Shown in pieces: positions 1-12,233 of a stretch of 61,232 bases of DNA (its first letter is position 1; each line of letters begins with the position of its first letter). The position numbers and the translations under genes were made by a program. The notes under the pieces were generated by a model. The model was given only the letters and a program-made list of their open reading frames with translations. It searched no databases and was not told where the DNA came from. Origin of the DNA: Neoechinorhynchus agilis (Eukaryota; Animalia; Acanthocephala); NCBI GenBank assembly GCA_051530055.1, contig JBMGUZ010000010.1, positions 1 to 61,232 on the forward strand, written 5' to 3'.

Positions 1-1804
1 TGAGGCCTAGACGCACGCCATTCAGCTTTCTCTAGTAACTCTCCGTGGCCATCTAATGATTCAAGCTCTTTACAGAGAGCGGCGCATAGGTTTTGATTAC
101 GACCGATTAAGCCGTGAGCTAAAGCTCTTAACATGGGCAAATTATTGCGGTGCGCGTAACAAAGCCCCATCAATCTCTTTTTCGATGTACCTATCTTGTT
201 TAACAGATAATGGGCGCGCACTCTAACGTCATTACGGAGTTTTTGCTCAACCTCAACAGCTTTATCATTAATAGTAGCCGGACCGACGAAACCGTCATTA
301 TATTTAAGATTACGAATAGCAGCATCCATATCGCGCGTGAACGAACCCGTTTTATCGGTAGGGGTAAAAGATTTGAGATCGCGGTAATGCCCTCCTTTCT
401 TCACAACTTTAATCATTTCTTCCTGTCCATTTGTTGCTTTGGCTCGAGATACGTAGGCCATGAATGCAGTTCCAAGATCTGTAGGACTATTAACGAGCGA
501 TTCAAGATCCAGATCATCTCGGTAAACGCTCATAATTGGGAGATCATCTAAATTCGCTGTCGCCTTGATCTCTTCGGCAATTTTCTCTATCAATACCAGA
601 CTATCATCGATAGCATTCTGAGCTAACCGCAAATCCTCTAAAGCACGAATAAGTACCGCATCACGCGGCTTCTTCTTCAAAGAGGCTCTAATCTTAATCA
701 CTTCAGCGTCTTTAGCGGTCATTTTACCAATAAGCCTTGCTTTCTTATCATCGAGAATCTTCATAACTCTAGCTCTAAATTTTGAACGTGCCTGGGCCGA
801 TTCATTGGTTTTTAGGATGTCTTGACACGAAGCCTCAATGGTGTAAAACGATTGTGAATCTTCTCCTTGCGGAGAGAGATTGTCAGGACACTGTCGAACA
901 CTTTTCAAAATAGAGCGAATAGAGCATAACTTAGGCTGCTTCTCATTACTGTTTAAATCCATAATCGGAGTGCTTAAATCCGGACCATCGACTAAATCTA
1001 CCACATCAGGCATAACCGAAACCAAGGTCGATTGAGCACGTTTTAGAATAGTTCTCACTATTAGATCCATCCTTTCCTCTTTAACCGTCATAGACTCGAA
1101 TGTGTCCATCGGAACTTCTAACGCTGATACAAGTCCTCCACTACGAAGCTCAGCTCTGGGTAATTTTGCAAGCTTAAAAAGCTGTGCCACCACGAGACAT
1201 TGTATAAGAATTAGGTTAGACGAGTTTCTTTTGATCTTTATTGTGTGTCCATTTTGAGTTATTTCGAATAGGTCTCTCGACGAAACGTCACACTCAGCTG
1301 CGTCCCAACCTGCTCAATCGGAATGAAGACGCCAGTACTGATCAACCGCTCAAGTTCACTAACATGCGTTTTCATTGTTTCACTATGTTGCGTTGAGTTG
1401 GTTTGGTTCATGCGACAAGCCAGCAGGTTTCCACTTCCTGTCGCCTCAATACTGAGACAGCTTCTGGAGAGTTGTGTCGTTCGCAAGGAGTTTCGCTAGC
1501 TCTACCTCGGCCTTATAGAAAAGGCTACGCACCTCCTCCAACCCGACTTTACTAGTGCTCAGTGAATATTTGAGTATAACTTCAGCAACCTCAGCATGTA
1601 ATATAGTAACGACATCTGGATGGATTGAATTAGTCAGATGCGCTGGCATGGTTGCCGATTCGTCTAGCCAGAAGCTCGCCAGGGACCGACTCATTTTAGA
1701 GTAAACGTGCGTCAGGGCCACGCTCAGGCGGTAGGCAACTCTGAGGTCCCTGCATGAAGCGCCCAATATTTCGTAGGCCTCCCGGACGTCACACTCAGCT
1801 GCGT
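1..1804 (-). CDS. Long unannotated ORF running off the window start (not in ORF track); unknown, possibly RNA-virus-derived protein
   Basis: Manual translation shows a stop-free minus frame from 1313 to 1 (first ATG 1109: MDTFESMTVKEERMDL...KELESLDGHGELLEKAEWRASRP). Frameshifted upstream parts are ORFs 1259..1486 and 1446..1766. No family motif firmly recognised. Confidence 0.6.
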
Positions 1805-1862
1805 ATTTAATCTCTTCAAGCTTATTTCAGTACCGAGTCAACGGTATATCACACTATGACAT

Positions 1863-2595
1863 TCAATAATCAGTTGAGCCGCCATTGGCCTCCAGAACGG
1901 CCTTGATACGGGCAGGGTAGGAGCTCAAGAGGCGGCGCCCACAGTCAATCGTTCTGGTGATTGGGACAGCGGATCGAGTAGACGTAAAACTCGTCCGATG
2001 GAGCGAGTTGGAGAGCATCTTCCTCGTCCCACTCTCGGAGGAAGTTGGCGAACCAACGTCTGTTCTCCCGGGCATCCTCAGAGAACAGAGGTTTGCGGAT
2101 TACATGAAAGGGCTTCAGCCCCATCCGAATGAGTTCCCGGTGAATCTTCATGTGAGATCGCACCTTGCCGCGCTCTCTCTCGAGCAGCTTTGTCACTCCG
2201 CGGACGCTGCGACGCTGCTTTCCCACCTCCGCTTGATGATCGCCTTCGACTGGTCGGACAGGGTGCGGCTGCCGAGTACAGGGTTATGAATCATTCCACA
2301 GTTGTACACATCGACGTTCCAGTTGCACTTCACGAACTGTTCACTGCGATTGATGCGCTTGGCCACCCAGGGGCGAGTGTTGAACTTGGCGCCGGCATCG
2401 CGGGCCTCCCGGAACGTGATGGCACGGATACGGTCAACGTGCCGCGCTTCCTCGCTGTCGAATGCAGCCATCTGTGGGCAAAGTTATATATCGTTAGAAG
2501 CGTATTGAAATAAGCTTTCAAACAGCGAAAACCGCATCAGAATATCTGTTATAGTTTTCCTTGTGGAGGGGGGTACTAAGGTTTGTTACACCCTG
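1863..2595 (-). mobile_element. Tc1/mariner-superfamily transposon, internally deleted and frameshifted
   Basis: N-terminus DRIRAITFREARDAGA, first catalytic Asp region LAPSDEFYVYSIRCPNHQND, C-terminus SYPARIKAVLEANGGSTDY. TIR-like CAGGGTGTAACAAA at 2582-2595; no partner TIR seen at the other end. Confidence 0.85.
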
Positions 2596-3256
2596 CATAT
2601 TACCCTGTTCAGCCGTTAGCCGAACCCAATTTCGGATTCGTGGACCAAACTTCGAGAATGTCATTTAAAGAGATATCAGTACGATTACGTATTAGTTTAC
2701 GCTTTTTGACTCTTGAATGAGAGCTATGGTTATTCCTGGTAAATATCGAGTGAGCTTAAAAAGGTTTGTCGCCCCCCCCAGTTCCACGGCAACACCTCAA
2801 CATTGCCTACCTTCTCCTGAGCCATCGAGTCAGAGTTTCTTAGCATTGGCATTTGAAATCAAATCGGCTGTTCCGTTGTCGATCAGCCTGGATTGGGTTT
2901 CAATTATTCTTGCAACGAATTCAGAAGTTGATTTATCTTCATCATCACAACATCATGTATTACCCTGTTCAATGGCCTAACAAGAAATATGGCTACCCTT
3001 CGATATATTGTATAATATAATACTTTTATTTTTTGTCATATTGCAAAAGGCGTAAAGCAATTTCGTCCCTTAGGAAAATTTTACTTTCATCATGATCTAG
3101 ATCCATTACAGTTTAGTCTAATTTTCTTTTAAATAGGGTAGAGTCTGTAACATGATCTACAATCATCTCCTCGTCGGACTCTGATGTGATGACATCGCAG
3201 TAGTTAGTTTATGTTTCTAAAAACTCACAAACCACACACGCGATATATAGTAATCG
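1921..3256 (+). repeat. Segmental direct duplication, copy 1 (copy 2 at 29400-30720)
   Basis: Near-identical sequence and matching ORFs (2193..2471 vs 29672..29950; 1945..2226 vs 29391..29705). Confidence 0.95.
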
Positions 3257-3830
3257 GTGACCGCTGTTATATCATCGGCGTAGATCGAGATATTTTTGCA
3301 AACCCTGCAATTCTGTATGATGAACTGGGTGGCGAGGCAATTAGTATATCCTATTATCGTGATCATCCTTAAAAAAGGTTTGGACAACAGTGTGTTAGAG
3401 ATCCCAGCAATAATATTGTACGGGAAGTCGAAAAACATGAGAATATTAATAATAAACTCGATCTGGATGTTGTCGAATGCCCGGGAAATATCAAACGAAA
3501 CCAATAAATTGGTTGATTGTTGAAAAAATGGTAGGCGATCTCCTTGATTGCTGAGTATACCGATTTCCCTCGAAAAAATCCGTGGTAACGTGCGTTAATG
3601 CAATTGTGCTCTAAAGCATACGCAAATAAGTACCGGGCAAGAGTCCTCTCGTAGATCGAGACTATGGAATTCTGTATGGATATCGGCCTAACATCGTTGG
3701 CTGACGATATTTTTCGATGCTTATCTTTAACCAGGAAAATGCGTTTGGCAATATAATCGACAACAACTGTTGTGGCGAGGCTCGACAGAGTTTTGCATAA
3801 AAGGGTATCCCCCGATCTTTTTGGCAACAT
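3257..3830 (-). mobile_element. LINE reverse transcriptase fragment
   Basis: RPISIQNS, YHGFFRGKS, SFDISRAFD and IYADDI in frameshifted ORFs 3369..3830 and 3217..3504. Confidence 0.85.
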
Positions 3831-3899
3831 AAAGTTGGCGTCCTAGAAAACGATGTGATCGGCTCACATAAGGGCGTGAGAAAGTTTTAACATTACGAC

Positions 3900-6800
3900 A
3901 TAAAAAAGTATTATCAGCCTTATTGACGAAGGAGTTAGCTAAAGGTAGGAAATCTGCACAAAATTCGAAGGTTAGCGACGCGTTTTATCGCATTTGGTAG
4001 ATATGATTGTGTGTAGGATGACGGGTTTCCTTTAAGAGCCGGGATCATCTCAGACGATTTCGAGAAATTGATCGATAATTTCATGCCGTCGTAGAAATCT
4101 GTAATGTTTAAGATTTCAGCCAGGGTAACAGACGGTGACCTGTTTGCCGGTGCAGTGGTGACTAGGGTTGTATCGTCGGCATAAAGAAATAGACGGGTTT
4201 CGCTCGAGAGGGGTTTGAGTCTGTTAAGAAAGATGTTGAAGAGGAGTGGGGAGAGGATGGTCTCCTTGGGGGACACCTTTTGATAGAAGCATGGTCCTTG
4301 AGGTGGCAGCGTTGCATTTTATGTATTGTGCTCGATTTGTCAAATACGGGAAAAGATCCATCGAATTTGCCAAGTATCCAGTCCGAAATCGGAACAGACT
4401 TCGATAAGCTTGTGATCTTCTCCACAGAGTGGAACGCTTTCGATAGATCAAATTGGATAAGGTGTGAGACGAAGGAAGGTTTGGAATCAATATTTTGGAT
4501 GAGCGCGTCATACAATGCAGAGTAGAGCATCCGTGGCTGAATATTTAGAGCGAAATCCAATGGAGCTTAAAGCCATTTTTCAGACTTTGGAGAGCACGGG
4601 AAGGATAGAGATGGGGCGAAAAGATGAGGAGGATACTGGAAGTTCATTTTTTGGTAATAAGGTTACCCTGGCCATCTTTAAACATGATGGATAGATTTCA
4701 GATGCGAAACTATGATTGGCGATGGTAGTCAACTGGGTCAAATGATTTTCGCATGATACGACGAACAGCCCAGTTAGGAATGTCCGAATGTGATCCGTTG
4801 CGCGGCAGTTTCTTGAGATGCTGAAACACTTTCGAGGGAGGAAACCAGTGTAACTTCGAAGAGTCCATATTTTGTGGTATTAGTTTCAAGTTGGATGTCA
4901 CCGTCGTTTGGTGAGCATAGCTTTGCGTTGATGGAATCGAGGGTCGCCTTTAATTCAGAGGTTGACAGACATGCGAAGGTTCAGGGTTCCGTAGCCCAAG
5001 GGAACTTTTGATTGTATGTCACCAATGTGCGTTTCTCGTGGAGCGAATTCTGGACGAGAGATATTCTTAGCGGGCATTCATTATTTTTATAGAAAGCGTG
5101 GATTGTAGGCGTGGGAAATCGGGTGAATTTTTATGGTAAGCGGCAATGGTTTGTTGTTGGAGTAGCTTCAGAGTAGGACTGAGCCAGGGCGGGTCACGGT
5201 TAGTGATTTTAACAAATTTCTTGGGGATGCAAGAGGATAAGCCATACCGAATCGCCGAAGTGAGGTCGGGCATCGTAACAGAAGGGTCTTGTGCATTACG
5301 AATAGGGATAAAGGGAGCCACAGATTTGAACATTTTCGCCGAATTTGAAGATGTGATGATCCCGTTTCGTCCCACAGGGGAACTTGCTGGATATTTGATA
5401 CGAGGAGGTGGGCTAGAAGAGGAGACGAGGACGCAGGAGTGATCTGAGTTGGCGAGTGGTGGTAGTTTAGTAGCGATTGTGCAGGCTTGTATTTTTGTGT
5501 AGAACACTTTCTTCGGGGCGGGATTTTTGCCGTGCAGGAAATTTGGCGAGTTGATGCGTGGTCAGAGAGTGGCGTAAACGGAAAAAGGTTGTTAAAGTCG
5601 TCTGCAATGAGGAAGTGGTGTGAATTGTTGTTGTTGAACAGATCCATCAGTGTTTCTATTTGGGCTTCTGCGACCGAGGGGCGAGAATCGGAAGGACGGG
5701 AGACGCCTGCGACAGAGAACTCTCGAAAGCCGTTTCTTAAGTGGGGTGGAGAGATGAATGGTAATGAACCTCGATGGTCGGGATGTTGTAGGGAACCTAT
5801 GCGGGATACTGAATAAGGCAGTAGAGTGCGAACAAATATTGAGATTCCTCCCACTGTTCCGTCTTCGAGATAAGAGTGAAACGCTGAGATCCCGGGCAGG
5901 GTGGCGGAGTCCTTGTTCCCAAGGGTAAGCCATGTTTCGGTTATTATTAAGGACATCCGCATTGGTGCTTAACATGACGTACTTATAACCTCATCGAGTT
6001 TGGGAAGGAGGCTGCGAGCATTTGAGTAAAGTATCCCAGGAGAGCATATTTTCTTCTAGGATTGAGGCGATGATTTGTTGAGACCGACTTGGCGTCAGAT
6101 ACGCTTAACTCAGTGGCGCATAAGGAGCGTTCATGGGATGGATTAGTGGGTGCGAAAATAGATGTGGAGCGTATATCACGGGGAGTGGGCGTGAGAATCG
6201 ATTTGTCGGATAAATTAGGGGTTGCGGCGATGGTCGTTGTAGAAGATACGGAGACGCCCATTGCTGTGCCGACCAAGTTACGGCGGGTTCTTTGGACATA
6301 TTCCCAAAATTTACGGCGTTGGATCCATTTCGCTGGGCCGAGTTTTCTTGAGGGGTCGTGAGCGTAATTTTTGCTGTTGTTGATGAGTTCAGAGCTTGAG
6401 GATGTTTTTTTGTGATTGTAAGGTTGAGCTTCCCCTTGGGGCGGAAATGCGATAAGGAAAGGATGATGGAGTGCATTACCAGCTCCTTTTCCCACAAATA
6501 AAGAGGCTGTGAGCGGAGAGGAGAAAGTGACCTTTAGCTATCGCGGACGTTTAAGGGCTGGATATTTCGTTAGTATCCGGTAAAATGCTACTGGAGTTGG
6601 TATGTTTGTGGAAAATTCCAGAAAGAGGGTTGGGGTTATTTGCATGATTTCTTGGAAGTGGTACAGATTGTTCGAGGTATGATCAGTATGTGGGCATTCT
6701 GGGATTCCAGAAATGAAGACGCTGCAGTCTTGTGAATGGGCAGGGCGTGGATGGAGTGGGACAATTCGAGGCGAGCGCGGTGGGCGAGTCAGGGCTGAGA

Positions 6801-7150
6801 GGCGTGATACACCTCTGAAATCCGGGGGATTTCGTCCTATTTCGGTTCGAGGATTTGGAGTGTCCGGACATTGAGAGCATCGTCAAGAGGCGTCATCCTT
6901 TGCAACGGTCAATTGGATGAAGGATGAAGCTGGATTCGATTGTTTCGTGGCGAATTTTGTTCGAGGGGGCCGATTCAGCGTCCGGTACAGTAATGATAAT
7001 GTCGGATTCGGCTTTGGAGTTCGAAGTTGTGAGTTTCCACGGCATATTTCAGCGATTGAGTGTTTAGGGCTAATTTTCGAGAGGATCCTTTCGCAACAGA
7101 ACCCACACATGAAGTCTCGCGGTAGGATCCTGTGGGATTGTGCCGGAGAG
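3900..7150 (-). mobile_element. Decayed APE-RT LINE (CR1/L2-like)
   Basis: APE motifs IITETWL, LIADDFNN, NSDH. RT motifs QFDLSKAFH, GVPQG/TILSPLLFNIFL, LYADDT. Upstream broken ORFs may be ORF1. Confidence 0.85.
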
Positions 7151-7199
7151 CAGGGTGAATAATGTACAGTCCGGGCTTGAACACGAAATACGTTTAGTG

Positions 7200-8330
7200 T
7201 TTAGTTTGTCGACTGACCATTTTAGAAACTGACGAACGCGGATGAATTATAAACTGGGAAAATTAGACGAGACGTTGAAAGCCTCTTTTCGAGAAAATTT
7301 TAAATACTCAGCTGTCGGACGAGGCCTGAGCGTCAAGCGTCCTTGCCTGCTCGTCCGGCGGTTTAGTTATCCGAAATGCAGCCGTTATTTCTCTGCACAG
7401 CCCTCTTATTTGGAATCGTATGAAGCAGGCTGCAAAGTAGCTAAATCCGTTCTTGGTGAGAATTCCACCTTGGATGAAGATTTCGTGGAGGCGCTTTAAT
7501 ATTTGGTGTGGAGATTCAGGCAGCGAGCAAGGTACTCCGTCAATGATTGCAAACAATCAGTTTAGGACTTTACGGGTAGCGAGAATTCATAACTCTTTGA
7601 TTTCAGATTCTCGTGACCTAATGAACTAAACTCCGTTGGCTGCAGTCTATACAAGAGACCGGGTGTTTGGCTCAACCCTCTCCCAATCGCTTCTGTGTAT
7701 CCTTCTCTCAGACGAGACAATAAGGATTGCAATGTCCCTGAGACTTGGGGTACAGATGGGCACATCTCAACGCTGAAGTAGCGGAGCGACCGTGGAACCA
7801 TCGGGACGAAATGGTCTCGTCTATCGGGAATCAGGCGGAAAATACTCACGACGTGCCGAAATGAACGCAATTCCGAGTCGTGCCCTGAATACTCGTGAAT
7901 GCGCCAAACATCCGAGAGCCCAGCAATCTTTGTCGACTCGATGGCTGTACCCCGGACGGTGTCACAGTATTCCCGTGGCGAGGGGAGGCAAATGCCTAGA
8001 CTATTAAACCAGGAAGAGCAGCAACCGCCGCTGAGGACGCAAAAAGACCAAAATACAGGAACTCGGGTGAAAATGATTATTTCGTTCTTTTTGGCATCGA
8101 GAAACTCGGGTCGTTTGGTACCGCGGCACAGTACTCCGGTCAATGTATTGCCCAAAGAAACATGGACGAATCATTGGCGATCCGAGCGCAGGAGCATTCC
8201 TCCTCCAAAAACAAAAGCCTGGTTGTGCAACGGGAAGGAACGCTGCATCCGTCCTTTCGACCGTTACACCAGGACGGAACTGAGTGAGTGATCCAGAGCG
8301 GTGGTGTGAATGATTTCATTTCAGCTAATA
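7200..8330 (+). mobile_element. CRE-clade (RLE) non-LTR retrotransposon, 3' part
   Basis: Across frameshifts: DETIRIAMSLRLG, RAEMNAIPSRAL, EPSNLCRLDGCTPDGVTVFPW, and C-terminal GDPSAGAFLLQK..VVQR-GNAASVLST, typical of CRE-type RT-RLE proteins. Confidence 0.8.
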
Positions 8331-8576
8331 GATTGAATTTGATCAATAATGCGAAAAAGTTTGACATTATATTTGATTCATTTTCTAATGCATAAGGCAA
8401 TATTTCTTTTATTTTTACAAGAGGTAATTTTTTGGGTTAAATACAATCACTTAAAATTTGGTTTTTCGATTTCTGTGAGTTAATTTTAATGCATGTTTTT
8501 TTTATTAAGACACCCACATTTCACAAATTATAAAACGAGCACATTTATTTCTTAAGCTTAAAATTAACCAAAGCGT

Positions 8577-9017
8577 TCAATTGAGACCAGTACACACCAC
8601 CATTCCATTTTCGTCAAACTTTCCAGTGAGCTTTTCTTGTTTGCAATCAGTTCTTCAATGAGTCTTTTTGTTTCCTCGACGGACGCCCGTATTGCGTTAG
8701 CGACGATTTCAATTGACACTTTGTAATGTATTCTAAAAGTATCTTTCCAAAAATACTCTTTTTCGGCACTGTCAACGAAATCTTCAGTTTTTGGTGCCAG
8801 ATTTTCGTCCGACTGTGAATTCGACAGATTCTGCTAAGTATTTACCAGCTTCTTTAAAATCGAATTGAACGAATATACAAATGAAAAACTGATGGATGGG
8901 ATCGTTATTGGACGCGATCCTTCGTTGCTGATGGTGATAAAAGTCCGCTACTGTGTTGATAAGATCAAAATTCTGACCACATTGAATCATTGCATCGATT
9001 GCGTATTCGACAGTCAT
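8577..9017 (-). pseudogene. EIF3E: eIF3e(Int6)-like PCI-domain mini-gene, left copy, frameshifted
   Basis: NDPIHQFFICIFVQFDFKEAGKYL matches eIF3e [24 protein letters not shown]. The downstream winged helix SIEIVANAIRASVEETKRLIEELIANK..GKFDENG lies in another frame. Confidence 0.6.
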
Positions 9018-9375
9018 TTTTGGACAGAACTGATAGTGATTGAGAGCAAGTTTGAACCGAGAGTTGACTTATATATATACTGGGTTTCGCTTTGTCTTCG
9101 CATGCCAATCAGAGTTCAGGATTTCACTATGTTGGGTTGCACATTGCCGAAAAACCGGAAATTCCCACCAATACCCGCAGCGAATTTTTGAATTTCCCAG
9201 GCATGTCATTCGCTGCGGGTATTGGTGGGAATTTCCGGTTTTTGGCAATGTGCAACCCAACAAGGGAAATCCTGAACTCTGATTGGCTGCGAAGACTAAC
9301 GAAACCCAGTATATATACAAGTCGACTTTCTCGGTTCAAACTTTTACTCTCAATCACTATCAGTTCTGTCCAAAA

Positions 9376-9855
9376 ATGACTGTCGAATACGCAATCGATG
9401 CAATGATTCAATGTGGGCAGAATTTTGATCTTATCAACGCGATAGCAGACTTTTATCACCATCAGCAACGAAGGATCGCGTTTCAGATAACGATCCCATC
9501 CATCATTTCTTTTCATTTGTATATTTCGTTCAATTCGATTTTAAAGAAGCTGGCAAATACTTGGCTGAATCAGTCGAATTTATAAAGTCGGACGAAACAC
9601 TGGCACCAAAACTGAAAGATTTCGTTGACAGTGCCAAAAAGAGTATTTTTTGGAAACGATACTTTAGAATACATCACAAAGTGTCAATTGAAATCATCGC
9701 TAACGCAATGCAGACGTCCGTCGAGGAAACAAGAAAGTCTCATAGAAAAACTCATTGCAAACAAACAACTGACTGGAAAGTTTGACGAAAATGGAATGAG
9801 TGGTGCGTACTTGTCTCGATTGAACGCTTTGGTTAGTTTTAAGCTTAAGAAATAA
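9376..9855 (+). pseudogene. EIF3E: eIF3e(Int6)-like PCI-domain mini-gene, right copy, frameshifted
   Basis: KDFVDSAKKSIFWKRYFRIHHKVSIEIIANAM matches eIF3e [31 protein letters not shown]. Upstream GATTGG (CCAAT) and TATATATA; AATAAA at the 3' end. Confidence 0.6.
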
Positions 9856-10049
9856 ATGTGCTCGTTTTATGATAAGTGGAATTCGGGTGTCTTAATAAAA
9901 AAACATGCATTAAAATTAACTCATTGAAATCGAAAAGTGAATTCCAAGTGATTGTATTAACATAAAAAAATACCTCTTGTAAAAAATAAAAGAAATATTT
10001 TTTTCTATCATAAATTTGGTTGTGGACAATTTATCCTGCTGCGCGGCAG

Positions 10050-10130
10050 GAGGAACGCTGCATCCGTCCTTTCGACCGTTACATCAAGATGGTGGCTGAG
10101 CGATACCAGAGCGGTATTGTGAATGATTTT
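10050..10130 (+). mobile_element. CRE 3'-end fragment
   Basis: GGAACGCTGCATCCGTCCTTTCGACCGTTACA is identical to the CRE end near 8237-8268, followed by a similar 3' UTR. Confidence 0.75.
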
Positions 10131-10873
10131 TGCTCCGAGATTAAGTGAACCTTTATAAGATAAGGTTGCCGTTTGTCAAAACTTAAAAACAACTAAAAAA
10201 CTGCCAGTTTTTTAGCTGGTTATCAGCTTTCGATTTCCGAAGCACCCATAAAATTCGAAAACGATCATAAACTTTAATTTCACTTGTTCGTTCGTCTAAG
10301 TCCGGTGAATCTACGGTCCATGAAGTCGCTCGCCCCTGTGCAGTTCAACTATAAATTACGGTTGTGATAACTTTCAAAAAAGGAAAAAAGAGGTAACTTA
10401 AAAAGTTGTCTTTAATATGGGACTTTCCCATGTCCAGCAGCTCACTTTTTGGCCGACTCGCGATTTATTTAGACGTCGAGAGTCGTACAAGGAAAGGTTG
10501 AGCCGTGCTTATTTTCATGTAAGTTATAAATCGAACTATTTAAATTATATAAAACCTCGTTGCAATAATTGTATTTATATCTTTGTTATATAACATCTCA
10601 ACGGCTGAGCGTTCGAAATAATGTTTGCCCAAAGTGAGATTTCCTCAAAAATTAGGGAATAATTCGAAGAAGGACGCCTGAATATCTAGGAATCTGACGT
10701 GCAGTTTCAAAATCTTATCAACTAAAGTTCGTTAAAGTACCTACAAATGTTAAAATAGTTTCTAAGACAAGAAGAAAATACATGCACTTTTTAATTTGGA
10801 TTCTCAAAGGCTTAAAAATGGGTCTTTCGATCCACATTTAATACTAATTAAATTTCTGCAAGTGAAAATGATT

Positions 10874-11655
10874 TTACCGGTTGCATTCACTTTCGTCTAG
10901 CTGTTCATTTGATTTAACATCCCAGCTTAAGTCGCTCCAGCAATAAGCGCAAATGGCCTTTGAAACTCCTTTAAGATACAACTGCTGAAATTCAAGCATC
11001 TTGATGTTCGCCACACTTAATAGTTTCATACTCAAGACATCCAATGGATAAGTCCGAGGAATATATAAGCAGGAAAGTCTCCAAGTGTACTTAAGAGCCA
11101 GTGTGACCAACTCATCGCACCGAATATCGCATGTTCCTCGAGACGAATAGCCGCGTCCACCCCAAGGAGGACTAAGAAAAACCAGATCAAAGCATTGGGA
11201 ACGGAAAGGAGGATAATGGCAGTCAGCAAGAACCAAATCGACTGTTTTTTCGGTTTCATAAATAGAAGCATTGTGCTTGGCGTATTCGAGAGCGACTGGA
11301 TCGTGGTCGATGCCAATAGTGAAGTATCGGTTTTGCGAAATGGATTGCATTTCCACCAACTCCACAGTACATGTCGAGACATAATGCACCTTCTTGAATT
11401 GTCGTGGAATCGCTGATTCAGCGATCTGCTTCGCTACGAACTCCGGCGTCACCGAAAAGAAATCAATATCGTCCCGCATTTTAATACCGCTGTCGAATTG
11501 AGTAAAAAGGTTGTATTTATTCGCATAAGGAGGTTTAGTTGCTTTTGGGCAAGAATCAGGTATCGAGATTGGACAATTCGTATTGTAATCCGTTGGATCT
11601 CACCAAAAAAGTCAGAAACTGTTTCAAAAACTTTGACTCCTTCCCGAAATCCCAT
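10874..11655 (-). CDS. TGS1: Trimethylguanosine synthase (TGS1)-like RNA cap methyltransferase with frameshifts
   Basis: KYNLFTQFDSGIKMRDDIDFFSVTPEFVAKQIA, IGIDHDP, DLVFLSPPWGG. SAM motif I (LDMYCGVGGNAIHF) is present but in a shifted frame. Confidence 0.85.
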
Positions 11656-11884
11656 TTTCGAATGCGTATTTATGGGGTTTACTTTGACTCTGATATCTCG
11701 TAAGAGGTTAGCAATCCAAAGTTCACGAAAATCGTAAAAAGCGCTCTAAAGTTCGATACAAACTGAAAAAAATCTTAATTTTTAGGCGAAAACCACGAAT
11801 AAAAGTGAATTTCAACATTACTTCGTTTTGGGTGCGTTCGAATGAAAAGATCAACCTGTCTGTAAACAAAGATGAGATCCACTT

Positions 11885-12233
11885 TCATATTTCTCCATTA
11901 ACTTTACAGTATTTTTTGATATAACTAATAAATTTTCTTCGATTGTGAAGCGAATATCCCTCTTGTTCCAAAACATCCAATCCTTCTCCAGCTGATAATT
12001 TCCGCTTTTCATTTAATAATGAATCAGAGCCGTTTGCTTGATTTTCTATATCAAACAAATGATCTTCCTTCAATCTCGCAATAATGTACTCGTAAATATT
12101 CATTTCTGGGATGCAAATAATTAAACTGAATAGGTCCCTTGTGATGGGAAAAGAATCTACGTGGTACAAAGGCTTTCGTGAAAGATAAGCTCAAATCGTT
12201 GTCGAACGTAACATTCATAATGCAATAGGTCAT
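11885..12233 (-). other. Unassigned coding-like fragment
   Basis: Overlapping ORFs 11885..12169 and 12051..12233 look protein-like; no motif recognised. Confidence 0.2.

Larger units (their letters stand above)
8399..9999. repeat. 1.6-kb palindrome: arms 8399-9184 and 9209-9999, 24-nt loop
   Basis: Arms are reverse complements with scattered substitutions and indels. Centre reads CCCGCAGCGAA-[24 nt]-TTCGCTGCGGG. Confidence 0.95.

Noticed and set aside
210-551. 113-aa plus-strand ORF
   Set aside because: Antisense shadow of the longer minus-strand frame.
2597-2972. ATTACCCTGTT matching part of the I-SceI site, twice
   Set aside because: Only 11 of 18 bp match, and there is no homing endonuclease context.
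8165-8330. Conserved structured ncRNA repeated at 8.2, 10.1 and 48.9 kb
   Set aside because: It translates as the CRE C-terminus (GDP..FLLQ..QRGNAAS) plus 3' UTR.
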